From the NCBI GenBank assembly GCA_963843575.1, contig CAWJKZ010000017.1:260734-324733 (forward strand): a DNA stretch of 64,000 nt, in the 5' to 3' direction. The position numbers and the translations under genes were made by a program. The notes under the pieces are model-generated. The model was not told the origin of the DNA. It saw only the letters and a program-made list of their open reading frames with translations, and ran no database searches. Positions 29,701 through 38,322 of this stretch are shown here, in pieces; within the stretch, counting starts at the first letter, position 1; every line of letters begins with the position of its first letter. Source of the DNA: an uncultured Acidobacteriota bacterium (GTDB taxonomy: Bacteria; Acidobacteriota; UBA6911).

Positions 29701-32138
29701 ACATTGAGCAGGTCCAGGAGGGCCGGGAAAGCGGCGGAAGTGTTGGCGAGATCGCCGTGTTCGACATCCATGTAGTAGGTCTTGCTCTTCAAATCGGACG
29801 GAACGCCGGTCGCCCACGGGACCCGTCCATCGCCCTGGGCGGTGGCATGCACGACGACGCGGTGACCTTGGGGAGCGGACGTGTCGATGGTTACGTCGCA
29901 GGGGGTGGCCGCAGCGCAGCCCGCCACATAGATCATCCGATCCGGATCTATGGGGCTCGCGTGCAGCAGGTCCCGGACCCTCGCCGCCTCGGCCAGGTGC
30001 GTGGCCTCGGGGACAGGCCACTCGGATTGCGAGCCGTTCTGCTGCAGGACACGCCAGGTCGCAGCGTCGTAGGCGTCGAGCGAGCCTTCGTGCGGCAGCA
30101 TCTGCAGCACCCCCGCAAATGCGGAAAAGAACTCGAGCAGCTCGCCACATCCGTGTCTGATGTCGACCAGCGCAAGCTTGCGCACCAGCGCGTCACGCCC
30201 CATCAGCATGGCTGTGATTGCGTGCGAGCCTCCGTTCGGAGTGCCCAGCATTATGAAACGGGCGCCCGGGTGCCGGCACATGCGTTCCCAGACTTTCCAC
30301 CCTTCCGGCGTCGCCAGCATCGCACGCACCGCCAGTCCTCCCATCGCGTGGGCGATAATTCGGACCGGTTGGCTGCCGGCTTCGGCCTTCGCGAGCTTTT
30401 CCTCGATGCGGAGCCGCAACGCCTCCGCCGTTTCACAGACCGATTGGCGCCAATCGTACGCGAAGGGAACGACCTCGTGGGTTTGGGCGAGGAAGCGCAC
30501 GAGCTCTCTGTAGCTGCCGGCGACGAGCCCGTCCGGGCTGACATTCCGCCCGCCCGCCTGCAGATCGCGCAAACCGCCCGACGCAAGACTGCAGATGTCG
30601 AGCCAGACCCTGGATTTGCCAGCTTTCAGGTGACTTCCCATCAGTCCCGGCAACACGAATACGACCGGCTGGGAATCCACCGCGCGCTTCCTGTAATCAT
30701 CCTCCGTGACTTCGTAGGGAGGCTTTTCCAGGAGGTGATAGGAGTCCTGATCCGCGGCGGCCAGGCCGCCGAGCAGCCGGCTGGCCGTGTCGTCATTCCT
30801 GAAATAGCTGAAATGGTCCACCTTCGAGCCGGTGTCTATCCAATAGCGGATGCCGGCGGTCCTGCTGGCGCCGCCGAACATGGACGGCGTGTTGACCACC
30901 AGGTCATGGTCCTCCCGATAGAACAGGTCGGTGACCAGGGCCTTGAGCCGGCTCCACATCCCCTCTCCCGCCAGGTCGCCTCCCAGGACGTGAAGGTCCG
31001 CCCCGGTGTCGAGCCCGGGGCGGTTCAGCACCCGGATCAGCGGGGCTTCCGGCATCATCGCCTCCAGTCCCGGCAACTCACGTGGGTCGGTCCGGTTTTT
31101 GACCACCGCGAGCAGAAGCGCCGAGACGGCGTCGAACACGGGATTGGCCCTCATGCCGGGCGCCCGTTCGAGGACGTTCACCACGATCGACAGGAAACGA
31201 TCGAGCCGGCCGCCGGCGAGCGTGGTGCCCCTCGTGGGGCAGGCAACCCGAATGAAGCGTTCCACCCGCAACTGCCGTGAAGCGAGGATGTCCTGCAACT
31301 GCTGAAGCGCAGCGCGATCGCGCTGCCGGCCGGGGCCGTCGAAAAGTTTCAGCTCCGTCTCTTCGAAAGGAGCGCGGCCAACCAGCATTCCGCGGCAGAG
31401 GAGCTCGCCGACAAGCCCGCCGCGGGAATGCGAAACCAGGTGCAGCCTGGCGCCGTTTGGAAGGGCCTTTGCCAGTTCCAGCGCATTTTCAATCGGGCTC
31501 TCCGTCAATGTGCGGTGCTGAAATGCAAGCACCCGGCCCTCGTAGAGTTTGAGGAGGTCCGAGATACGGGCGTGAGGCGCGTTTTCCCACAGCCCGCCGA
31601 AGCTCCCCCCCGTCGTGGATGCCGTCCCATGGATGAACACCAGCAGGGGCTGGTCGGCCGGCGCCAGTTCGACCGGGCTCAGGTCGTCGGGGCTTGCGCC
31701 GCCGCAGCGGTAGAGGCCGGCTCCCGGCTTGAGGACACTCTCGACTTTTTCCCGGATCAGATCCGTGATTTCAGACGGCATGTCGACGCCGAGTATCTTC
31801 AGACCCTTGATCACCCACTGGCCGACACCGCGGCTGGGAGTGCCAAGGGGGAGGACCTGCGGGATTTCGAAACTGTCCGCAGCCGGACCCCGCCGCGTCC
31901 ACCCAGCCAGGTCGCCCTTCAGATCGTCGGCACGCGTCCACAGCCGGATTCCTCCGTCCAGCTCCAGTTCAACGAGGTCATCGTCGGCGACATCCACGGT
32001 GCGCGGCGCGCTTGCGGACCGGTCCATCGCGATTTGAACGCCGTACTTCGGCCGGATGGTCCCGGGGCCAAGCGCCCGGGCAAGGTCCGTGTTCTCGGGT
32101 GTGGAATCGACTTTTCCGTAAAAAGAGAGTGTGGGCAT
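26721..32138 (-). CDS. 1805-aa multidomain protein: two alpha/beta-hydrolase domains, M17-N/macro-like domain, CHAT protease, TPR-like tail
   Basis: FIHGT...SHSRGG (hydrolase 1); LPGLMGS, YDWR, AHAMGG, GDGRV, EHGDL (hydrolase 2); VVHGNL...VVGHY...GAIVVGLG; [44 protein letters not shown]. Confidence 0.9.
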   Translation of the reverse strand: MPTLSFYGKVDSTPENTDLARALGPGTIRPKYGVQIAMDRSASAPRTVDVADDDLVELELDGGIRLWTRADDLKGDLAGWTRRGPAADSFEIPQVLPLGTPSRGVGQWVIKGLKILGVDMPSEITDLIREKVESVLKPGAGLYRCGGASPDDLSPVELAPADQPLLVFIHGTASTTGGSFGGLWENAPHARISDLLKLYEGRVLAFQHRTLTESPIENALELAKALPNGARLHLVSHSRGGLVGELLCRGMLVGRAPFEETELKLFDGPGRQRDRAALQQLQDILASRQLRVERFIRVACPTRGTTLAGGRLDRFLSIVVNVLERAPGMRANPVFDAVSALLLAVVKNRTDPRELPGLEAMMPEAPLIRVLNRPGLDTGADLHVLGGDLAGEGMWSRLKALVTDLFYREDHDLVVNTPSMFGGASRTAGIRYWIDTGSKVDHFSYFRNDDTASRLLGGLAAADQDSYHLLEKPPYEVTEDDYRKRAVDSQPVVFVLPGLMGSHLKAGKSRVWLDICSLASGGLRDLQAGGRNVSPDGLVAGSYRELVRFLAQTHEVVPFAYDWRQSVCETAEALRLRIEEKLAKAEAGSQPVRIIAHAMGGLAVRAMLATPEGWKVWERMCRHPGARFIMLGTPNGGSHAITAMLMGRDALVRKLALVDIRHGCGELLEFFSAFAGVLQMLPHEGSLDAYDAATWRVLQQNGSQSEWPVPEATHLAEAARVRDLLHASPIDPDRMIYVAGCAAATPCDVTIDTSAPQGHRVVVHATAQGDGRVPWATGVPSDLKSKTYYMDVEHGDLANTSAAFPALLDLLNVGVTTKLPQTPPALRGASGETFELPVEAPAFYPDEEDLVASALGSTRHRRAAEPNPRVRVRVVHGNLSRAAYPVVVGHYCGDTIVSAEAYLDWQLDNRLREMQRLDLYPGELNTSAVFLNEEGRRRSGAHPGAIVVGLGTVGSLTPGGLAGSFSRAATAYAMGLIDSERAGRRQAPQAPDGEGRISAAMAALLIGTGGAGLTVTDSLQSILRGVTQANQHLQSLQTKKPASRGGAPGAPDGASKLTAFIDQLDIIELWQDRAIQAVKALLDLGRSAEFRDRFQIEELVVGSADGRKRAYYDEEPGWWQRMRISVQEDGALKFEGLTERARAESYLQPTQRRLVESFLERAVASTGGDADLGCTLFELLVPNLLKEHAPDRRNLVLVLDEQSAAYPWELMQDRFCAGARPLSVEAGMVRQLAVPVFREKVLQATRYTALVVGDPTRSDKSGKYAPLPGAEAEARAVARQLRDHGYAETVELAGEEATAQSILTALYSRPYRILHVAGHGVFQFPVSNGAVPGETVSGIVLGDGLFLTPAEIEQMRFVPDVVFVNCCHLGQTRGEAQQDAVQYHRLAANIATQLIRIGVRCVVAAGWAVDDAAAGAFAATFYCELLEGRAFGEAVRLAREEIHLRFGATNTWGAYQCYGDPDFSLNTGAAAASRTPRSNRIVAPAELLGELEDLVQSSRSAGLSGQKSSRQRLAAVVKSVPRHWLAAATTCAALGDACFELDMFEEGLRYYELARTCEPADAPVDSLDRMAALEVRWAAQLIARLDSVSESAADQELRHKPGILLEKASRLLDGLSLVRETRERHSLRGRLGKLRATLARNPASCRKHLEIMASSYREAFREDAAPMSARGLYLKDQLVAEIVLGWRKPARGSDRETYDQRLERIGRGLEDLERLAGVGQNADEPWSLRLAADHRLLSCLRQQAISEQAGAEIRAGYLAAVQQGSPACNVTEDIAFLEKMAQAGADATHRRPLVAALAALRQAIS

Positions 32139-32273
32139 GGCCTGCTCTGTGATTCGATTCTGGTGCGTTTCCGTTGAATATCAAATTACATGCATTATGG
32201 ATCCGTGGTACCGCGCTTTAAAGGGTGTAACTTGCATGGCGGGCGTTGGGAAGTACGAAATGCGAACTCCACT

Positions 32274-32330
32274 CCGTACGCCGACCTGCGCCGACCCGCA
32301 TCTCCCGTCGGCGCTTCCGTCGGCGTACGG
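32274..32330. other. Long GC hairpin in the divergent promoter region
   Basis: ccgtacgccgac...gtcggcgtacgg perfect 12-bp outer stem plus an inner gcgccgac/gtcggcgc stem. Confidence 0.55.
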
Positions 32331-32390
32331 GCTGACCCTTGATCGACGTGCGGGGGGACGAGCATAATGCTGGCAACAGGGGTGTAACTG

Positions 32391-33629
32391 TTGGACATCA
32401 AGAGCTTTCTCGAGCAGCTGCCTGCAGCCGCAAGCTCTCCGCTCGCCCTCGGGTCCTACGCGCTGGTGCTTGCCGCCTGGATCGTGGTCGTCTGGCTGCG
32501 CCAGAAACCGCAGCGCGAGGCGCGCCGAATACTCGAGCAATACAAGGACGACGATAAGCGCAATAAGGCGCTGGCATCGCTGCTCGGAACGGCGCCTCCG
32601 GAAGGCCTTGCGCGCCGGGAGATTCTCGAGTGGGTGAAACTGAAGTCCGCCGATTCGACCCGGACCTATCTTCTTATTGCGTATCTCGCGACGCTGGCGG
32701 CCCTGCTGATCATCGCGGTGTCGGCCCTGTTCAAGCCCGGAGTGGCTTCACCGGCAGACGTCAAGGTGACACTGCACGGGGTGGGAGGACCTGCCGATTG
32801 CCCGCCGCTCCCGTTCTCCACGGAATTGGTGGTTTCGGTAAACGGCAAGCCGCAGGCGCGGGTCCCGGTAAGCGGCTGCGAGGTCGAAGTACCGGCAACG
32901 GCCGGTTTGCGCCCCGGGACCGCGGCTACCGTATCGCTCGACAATTCCGGCCCTTTCCAGGTCGCGGCCCCGGCGGCGAAGTACGAATTCGGCTCCGGCA
33001 AATGGTATGTCGCCGTGGGCACGCAGGCGAACGGCCCGCGTCTGATCGTCCACCTCTTCAAATACGGCGGCGCATCGGAGCTGCCGGAACGCCGCGTGAA
33101 GTTCGATCAGTTCTCCACCATCATCCGCCAGAAGATCCAGGACCTCGGGCAGGAACTGGCCTCGCAGAACGAGGCCTGCGCATACCTGACTGGCCTAACG
33201 GTGGTGCGCTCCGACCGTGAGCTCGATTTCAGCCCGCGCGATACGCTTGAGTACTGGAAGAAATCCAACTCGCTCCAGATCCTCTCCGGTCTTCTGGACC
33301 AGCGCGGCGGCGGGTTTTTCGTACGAAGCCGCCCATACTTCGGCGAGCTCGCGGCAGGCAGTCCGGCAGAACGCGTGGAACTCGAGCTCAACATCGATGC
33401 GGAGGAGTTGGGCAAAACGCTCGACAGCCACTCGCTCGCGCTGCTATACGCCCTGGCGTCGGACGCCAGGCGGCGCAACCTGCCGTCCGAGGTCGTCTTC
33501 ATTTACCTCGCGCGGGCGGTCTCGATCGCCCGCGAGCTCGACGCGTCGGTCGCCGGCGCTTCCGGCCTCAAACGGGCAATCCGCGATCTGTTCCGAAGCA
33601 TGGGCCGCCCAGAACCACTAGAGCTCTGA
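32391..33629 (+). CDS. Hypothetical membrane protein (2 TMs, extracytoplasmic beta and alpha/beta domains)
   Basis: TTG start; hydrophobic stretches LALGSYALVLAAWIVVVWL and YLLIAYLATLAALLIIAVSALF; stop 1 bp before the next ATG. Confidence 0.7.
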   Translation: MDIKSFLEQLPAAASSPLALGSYALVLAAWIVVVWLRQKPQREARRILEQYKDDDKRNKALASLLGTAPPEGLARREILEWVKLKSADSTRTYLLIAYLATLAALLIIAVSALFKPGVASPADVKVTLHGVGGPADCPPLPFSTELVVSVNGKPQARVPVSGCEVEVPATAGLRPGTAATVSLDNSGPFQVAAPAAKYEFGSGKWYVAVGTQANGPRLIVHLFKYGGASELPERRVKFDQFSTIIRQKIQDLGQELASQNEACAYLTGLTVVRSDRELDFSPRDTLEYWKKSNSLQILSGLLDQRGGGFFVRSRPYFGELAAGSPAERVELELNIDAEELGKTLDSHSLALLYALASDARRRNLPSEVVFIYLARAVSIARELDASVAGASGLKRAIRDLFRSMGRPEPLEL

Positions 33630-33630
33630 T

Positions 33631-34680
33631 ATGACTTTCCTGCGCGCAGCCGTTTTTACCGTCGCCATGGCTGTGCCCGTAATGGGGCAGGAAGTCGGCC
33701 TCCTGGTGGCGCCTTTCGAAGGGCCGGGCAACCTGGGGGCTCGCACGGCGACGGTTCTCAACCTTCAGGTGTGGCAGACTCTGCGCGCCGCTCCGCACCC
33801 GAACCCACACGGTCTCAATTTCGGGAGTGGAACGGTTTACTTCATGCCGGAAGGCTCAATGCCTGTGCGCAGTCACATCGAGGCCGAGCGAGCCGCCGAC
33901 GGGCAAGCCCAAGCCGTTCTGTGGGGGCGCGCCCAGCCTTACGGCGACGGCGTCGTCGTCCAGGCGTACCTCTCGGTGCCGCGGGCGACCTCGCCGGGCC
34001 ACCCCGGAGGAACCGCCATCTGGAAGATTGCGCTTCCCGACGGGCAGAGCATCTCGGTCGATATCCCGGCCTGGCGTTATGAGTTCGCGCCGATCGTGCT
34101 CAGGACCGAAGCCGTGTTGCAGCTGAACACCCCCGAGGGACTGAAGCTCTACAGGTCCCCGCAGTCGAGCGAAGTGCTCGGGTCCGTAGGCAGCCGGTTC
34201 CGCGCGCTGGAGCAGAGCCCGAACGGCGCGAAAGTGGAGTCCGCGGGAATCACCGGTTGGGTGCGCCTGCCGCAGCTGTCGCGCAATCGAAGTGAAGTGG
34301 TCGACTTCACCGGGGCACTCGTCCGCATCTTCCGGAAGGACTGGGGCGGAGCCCTGGAACTGTTCAGCCGCGTCGTCGGCAGCCAGACCGCGCCGGCGAC
34401 CATCAAGGCTTACTCGCTGCTGATGATGGCAGCGGCATCCGAGCAGGTGAGCCATCAGACAGGGCAAGCCTCGCGTGCGGTGGAATTCGTGAACCAATCG
34501 TACCGGCTGAACCCGTATCTGCAAGCGACGGTCCGGTACAAGTGCATGGCGCACCTGGAGGACATGGCCCGCACGACATCCGCGAAGCGGCAACTCGCCG
34601 AAACGGTCGCGCGCAACGAGTATCTCTTCCCGAAGACGGACAGATGGATCGGCAAGGTGAAAGCGGTGCTCGCGAGATGA
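33631..34680 (+). CDS. Secreted hypothetical protein (TolB-N/CsgG-like, SH3b-like, TPR-like)
   Basis: Signal peptide MTFLRAAVFTVAMAVPVMG; LLVAPF...AQAVLWG; LKLYRSP...GITGWV SH3-like segment; helical C-terminus. Confidence 0.65.
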   Translation: MTFLRAAVFTVAMAVPVMGQEVGLLVAPFEGPGNLGARTATVLNLQVWQTLRAAPHPNPHGLNFGSGTVYFMPEGSMPVRSHIEAERAADGQAQAVLWGRAQPYGDGVVVQAYLSVPRATSPGHPGGTAIWKIALPDGQSISVDIPAWRYEFAPIVLRTEAVLQLNTPEGLKLYRSPQSSEVLGSVGSRFRALEQSPNGAKVESAGITGWVRLPQLSRNRSEVVDFTGALVRIFRKDWGGALELFSRVVGSQTAPATIKAYSLLMMAAASEQVSHQTGQASRAVEFVNQSYRLNPYLQATVRYKCMAHLEDMARTTSAKRQLAETVARNEYLFPKTDRWIGKVKAVLAR

Positions 34681-34764
34681 GGATCAGCGCGGGTTTCGGC
34701 CGGTTCGGGTGAAGTACGCTAACGTATTCTTGGGATGGAGCTGGTCGCCGATTGACAACAGCAG

Positions 34765-34864
34765 AACGCGGATCTTCGCGGATTTTACCGATTCACGCGG
34801 ATCGGCCGCGCCCGGTAGAAATCCGCGTGCATCCGCGTAGATCGGCGTCCTGGAAACGTTAGCG
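34765..34864. repeat. Dispersed palindromic repeat family, full copy
   Basis: Arrays of CGCGGAT units facing ATCCGCG units; homologous to 11306, 41027 and 60868. Confidence 0.75.
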
Positions 34865-34910
34865 CGAGTACTTAGTTCTACGAACCACTACCCTACCTTG
34901 GAGGAGCTTC

Positions 34911-37886
34911 ATGCCTAGCCTCTCGCTCAAGAGAACAGACCTCCCGTTTCTGCTCGGCGGCAACGGGGAAGTCTCCGTCGATTCGGGTGACCTGCAACTG
35001 GGTCGGCCAATCAACGAGGCAAGCCCGGCCCTGCTCAACGTCCGTTTCGCGGCGCAGGGAAGCGACAAAGTGGCTCTGGGCCAGCCCGACACCGTCAAGG
35101 TCGCGGTCTCTACCGCGGAGACTCTCAATTTGACCGCTATCTTCCCGGGCTCGACCGGCCCCGCAGCCAAACTGGCCGGGACCTGCGGGCTGAGCGACTT
35201 CTTCGAGAACGGCGAGAACGCCGACAAGCTCATCCTCGCTCTGGATACCGGAGCCTCGGCCGGCGTTTCCGCGGCGGGGTCGTTCGCGTATTCGGCGCTG
35301 AAGACCACCGTCGAAGTGAACGCGGGTATCGACGGGGGGTACTCGTACTTGCGGGCTTTCGACAAGTCGCTGCCGGTCCGACAGGTCCTGATCGATTTCT
35401 TCAGAACAATGAGGCTTCCCGAACAGGTCAATACCCAACCGGAGGCGGGCGAGGCGATTTCGTTGCGCTTCGGCGGCTACCTGCGGATGGCGGCAGAAGC
35501 CTCCGCAGGCTATCGGCTCGCCGGCACCCGGTCCACCTCGCTCGGGCACATGGCGCTTTCGGAAAAGTACAATCTGAGCGTCCTAGGCAAGATCGGGCTG
35601 GCGGCCGGAATCGCGGGTCATTTCTCGGTTCTGGTGACGGCAGCGCCCGGATTGCCGGGCTGGGCACGGGTCCAGGTTCACCGGGAACACTCCGGCGATT
35701 TCAAGGTGGCCGCCGACGTGAACGTGGGATACAAGAACCAGCTGGACGGCCTGCCCTCCAGTGCGGACGAGTTCCTCGGCGCGGTGCTCGGCGTCAATGC
35801 CAAGAATTTCCTGAACGTGCTGCAGAAGGCTCACGAGCTCTCCGACTTCGAGAAGTTCAAAGGCGCCGTCGACGGCCTCGCCCGGAAATATGTCAGCGAG
35901 TTCATCGGCGAGGGCTTCGAGAAACTCGGATCCGAACCCAGGTTTAATGCCTTTCTCGCACGCGTCCACGCCGTGGTGAACAGCTACGAGGAAGTCGAAG
36001 ACCGCGCCGTTACGTTGTTTGACCGGTTTTTCCACAACCTCCCGGACTTGACCTCGTTTCTCGAGAAGATCCAGGGCCTGGCACCGGGCACGGTGCAGTC
36101 GTTGAGGAACAACCTCAGCCCCCAACTGTGGAACATACTGTCGCAGCTTACGGACGGGGACCCGCTCGGTTTCCTGCTGGAGCAGGTCGTCGTGGAGGGC
36201 AAAAGGGTCGATAGCCTGGCCGAGTTGAAACAACGCGCCGCCACGTCGCTCGACCTCGTCAGGAACGACGCCCACGCCGAGATCCGCAACGCCATCGCCC
36301 TTGCGAAGCAGGCATTCGGCGTGGACGGATTCTTCCGCGAGCTGGCCAAGCTCGACACGGTCGACGAGCTCCAGGCGCTGGCGAATGACAAGGTAGGGCA
36401 ATTCGTGACCCGGCTGGTCGGCCGAACGCTGGATTCGGCGACAAATCTCAAGGAGGCGTTCAAGCAGGTGAAGGCGGTCCTCGACCGGGCCGACGACTTC
36501 AAAGAGAAGCTCTACAAGGGTTTCAAGGAGGCGTCCAGGAGCTCCTACCAGGTCGCCCTGAGCGCGGCATACAGCCATGCTTCCGAGGACGACGCGCTGA
36601 TTGATCTCCTGGTCAACGTGTCCGATCGTCGGGGCGCCGACCTGCTCGCCCAGGCCGGCAGGGGTGATTTCGAACAAATCCTGACCACGTCCGACGCCGG
36701 GCTGGTACGGCTGCTCGAGGGCGTGTTCACCCACCAAGTGCGCCGCGAGCACTCGTGGAAGGTCAACATTCTCGGCTGGCACCTGAACTACGAATACGAG
36801 GGCTTCGACCGCGTCATCACCGAAACCGAACAACGGCTGATTCCGTCCGACCAGGGCCTCACAGTGCTCACGACTGCGGATCTCACCGTCGAAAGAATGC
36901 GCAAACGCAACGATGAACAGACGCACGTCAATTTCCTGCTGCGAGCGTTGGGGGAGTCCGCCCGGGCGCTCAGGTCGGAGAGAGCGGACTCCGCTTATTT
37001 CATCGAGGCACTCGAGTCGACGACGGCGCGTTATCAGTTGAGCTTTACGGACGAGGACACCTCGACGGCCGAACTGCGCGACTACCTGGCGTTTGCCGCC
37101 GACGTGCAACTCGACGCCGAGGGCGCCACCCTCGAGGCGCTGAAGCCATTTCTCCCCCAGGCCCAGAACGGCGGTTTCGGGAAGGTCGAAACCCGCTACG
37201 ACATCCGCTTCGGCCCAAAGGCCGTAAACGCGCTGCTGTCGGTGAAGCAGCTTTCGGCTGCCGGAGAGGCCGCGGTCCGGAACGCGATGCGTCAGATGGT
37301 TCTCTCGAACTATCTGAAAAACCAGGAGCAGCACGACGTTGCGTTTGCCTATGCTTCCCCGGGAGTGTTTGACATCTTCTCCAGGGAAGGCTTTGCGGAG
37401 TTCGGAAATCACTCCCGGCGTGTCTTCGCCGTCAAGCTGTCGAATCCCGGGATTGCGGCCCCTTCGCAGGTGGCGCTGGATCGTATGAAAATCGCCGTCT
37501 TGACGACGCTGTACAACATTGAGAACTCGATGATCCAGGCCATCAAAGACTTGTACAAGCTGCTCGGAGCCGGGGAGGCGATGGATCCCCGCGAGTTTGA
37601 AAAGAAGCTCGCCAGGTTCGGCAGCGCGATGAACGATTTTGACGCGTTCGATCAAACCACGAACAGGAACGGGTGCGGTACCAGCACGATCTTTGCCATG
37701 TTCGATGTGCTGGTGCGCCTTGCATCCGCCGGCGACCCCGCCAACACGGCGATGCTGCGGGTGAGGAGCGAGGCGAATGGCAAAGAGGTGGAGAAGATCT
37801 TCCTGTCGCGCGAGGCGGCAAACACGGTCCTGACGACCGCGGATCCCGCGCCGCGTCGTGCCCGCATTCGTCGCGCAGGATCCTGA
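34911..37886 (+). CDS. 991-aa hypothetical protein (beta-rich, helical, beta-rich)
   Basis: ATG after GGAGGAG; long intact ORF; no signal peptide and no recognisable catalytic motif. Confidence 0.85.
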   Translation: MPSLSLKRTDLPFLLGGNGEVSVDSGDLQLGRPINEASPALLNVRFAAQGSDKVALGQPDTVKVAVSTAETLNLTAIFPGSTGPAAKLAGTCGLSDFFENGENADKLILALDTGASAGVSAAGSFAYSALKTTVEVNAGIDGGYSYLRAFDKSLPVRQVLIDFFRTMRLPEQVNTQPEAGEAISLRFGGYLRMAAEASAGYRLAGTRSTSLGHMALSEKYNLSVLGKIGLAAGIAGHFSVLVTAAPGLPGWARVQVHREHSGDFKVAADVNVGYKNQLDGLPSSADEFLGAVLGVNAKNFLNVLQKAHELSDFEKFKGAVDGLARKYVSEFIGEGFEKLGSEPRFNAFLARVHAVVNSYEEVEDRAVTLFDRFFHNLPDLTSFLEKIQGLAPGTVQSLRNNLSPQLWNILSQLTDGDPLGFLLEQVVVEGKRVDSLAELKQRAATSLDLVRNDAHAEIRNAIALAKQAFGVDGFFRELAKLDTVDELQALANDKVGQFVTRLVGRTLDSATNLKEAFKQVKAVLDRADDFKEKLYKGFKEASRSSYQVALSAAYSHASEDDALIDLLVNVSDRRGADLLAQAGRGDFEQILTTSDAGLVRLLEGVFTHQVRREHSWKVNILGWHLNYEYEGFDRVITETEQRLIPSDQGLTVLTTADLTVERMRKRNDEQTHVNFLLRALGESARALRSERADSAYFIEALESTTARYQLSFTDEDTSTAELRDYLAFAADVQLDAEGATLEALKPFLPQAQNGGFGKVETRYDIRFGPKAVNALLSVKQLSAAGEAAVRNAMRQMVLSNYLKNQEQHDVAFAYASPGVFDIFSREGFAEFGNHSRRVFAVKLSNPGIAAPSQVALDRMKIAVLTTLYNIENSMIQAIKDLYKLLGAGEAMDPREFEKKLARFGSAMNDFDAFDQTTNRNGCGTSTIFAMFDVLVRLASAGDPANTAMLRVRSEANGKEVEKIFLSREAANTVLTTADPAPRRARIRRAGS

Positions 37887-37905
37887 CCGGCCTGCGCCTG
37901 GCCTA

Positions 37906-38322
37906 TCAGTTCTGGATCAGAATCCGCGGGTCCTGCACGCAGACGACGTTCCCGTCCTGTTTCAACGTGATGTTGTACTTGTACTCCGATCCCGGATTCG
38001 CGGAGTCGGCGGCAGGCCCGCTGGTGCAGCGTTTCGCGTCCTGGCAGCTGAAATTATCGAATGGGCTTCCTTGCGGGAACTCGATGGTAAAGGTGTAGTT
38101 GCCGGTCGCAACCCAGGTGACCGCGTGCTTGGCGCCTTTCGATATGGGGGCGGCGTCGCAGTCGGCCAATTGCTCGCACTCCTTGATCTTCCCGATCCGT
38201 ATGGTGTGGTTGCCGACCTGGTTGCACGGGGCCTGGGCCTCGGACGTTTGAGACAGGAGTGTCACGGCACAAGCCAAGACGGCCACCGTGAACGTGTTGC
38301 GGCGGAGTGGTGATCTGCTCAT
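37906..38322 (-). CDS. Small secreted Cys-containing beta protein ending in a DP motif
   Basis: ATG overlaps the kinase TGA (ATGA) after AAGGAAGGA. Signal peptide, 6 Cys in the mature part, YKYNITL...QDPRILIQN. Confidence 0.75.
   Translation of the reverse strand: MSRSPLRRNTFTVAVLACAVTLLSQTSEAQAPCNQVGNHTIRIGKIKECEQLADCDAAPISKGAKHAVTWVATGNYTFTIEFPQGSPFDNFSCQDAKRCTSGPAADSANPGSEYKYNITLKQDGNVVCVQDPRILIQN

Noticed and set aside
34765-34864. Possible CRISPR-like array from repeated CGCGGAT units
   Set aside because: Units are about 9 bp with no unique spacers and no cas genes; it is a palindromic REP-like element.
34911-37886. Calling this protein a bacterial gasdermin
   Set aside because: Much larger than bacterial gasdermins, lacks the N-terminal Cys and has no recognisable motif; kept only as a pore-former hypothesis.
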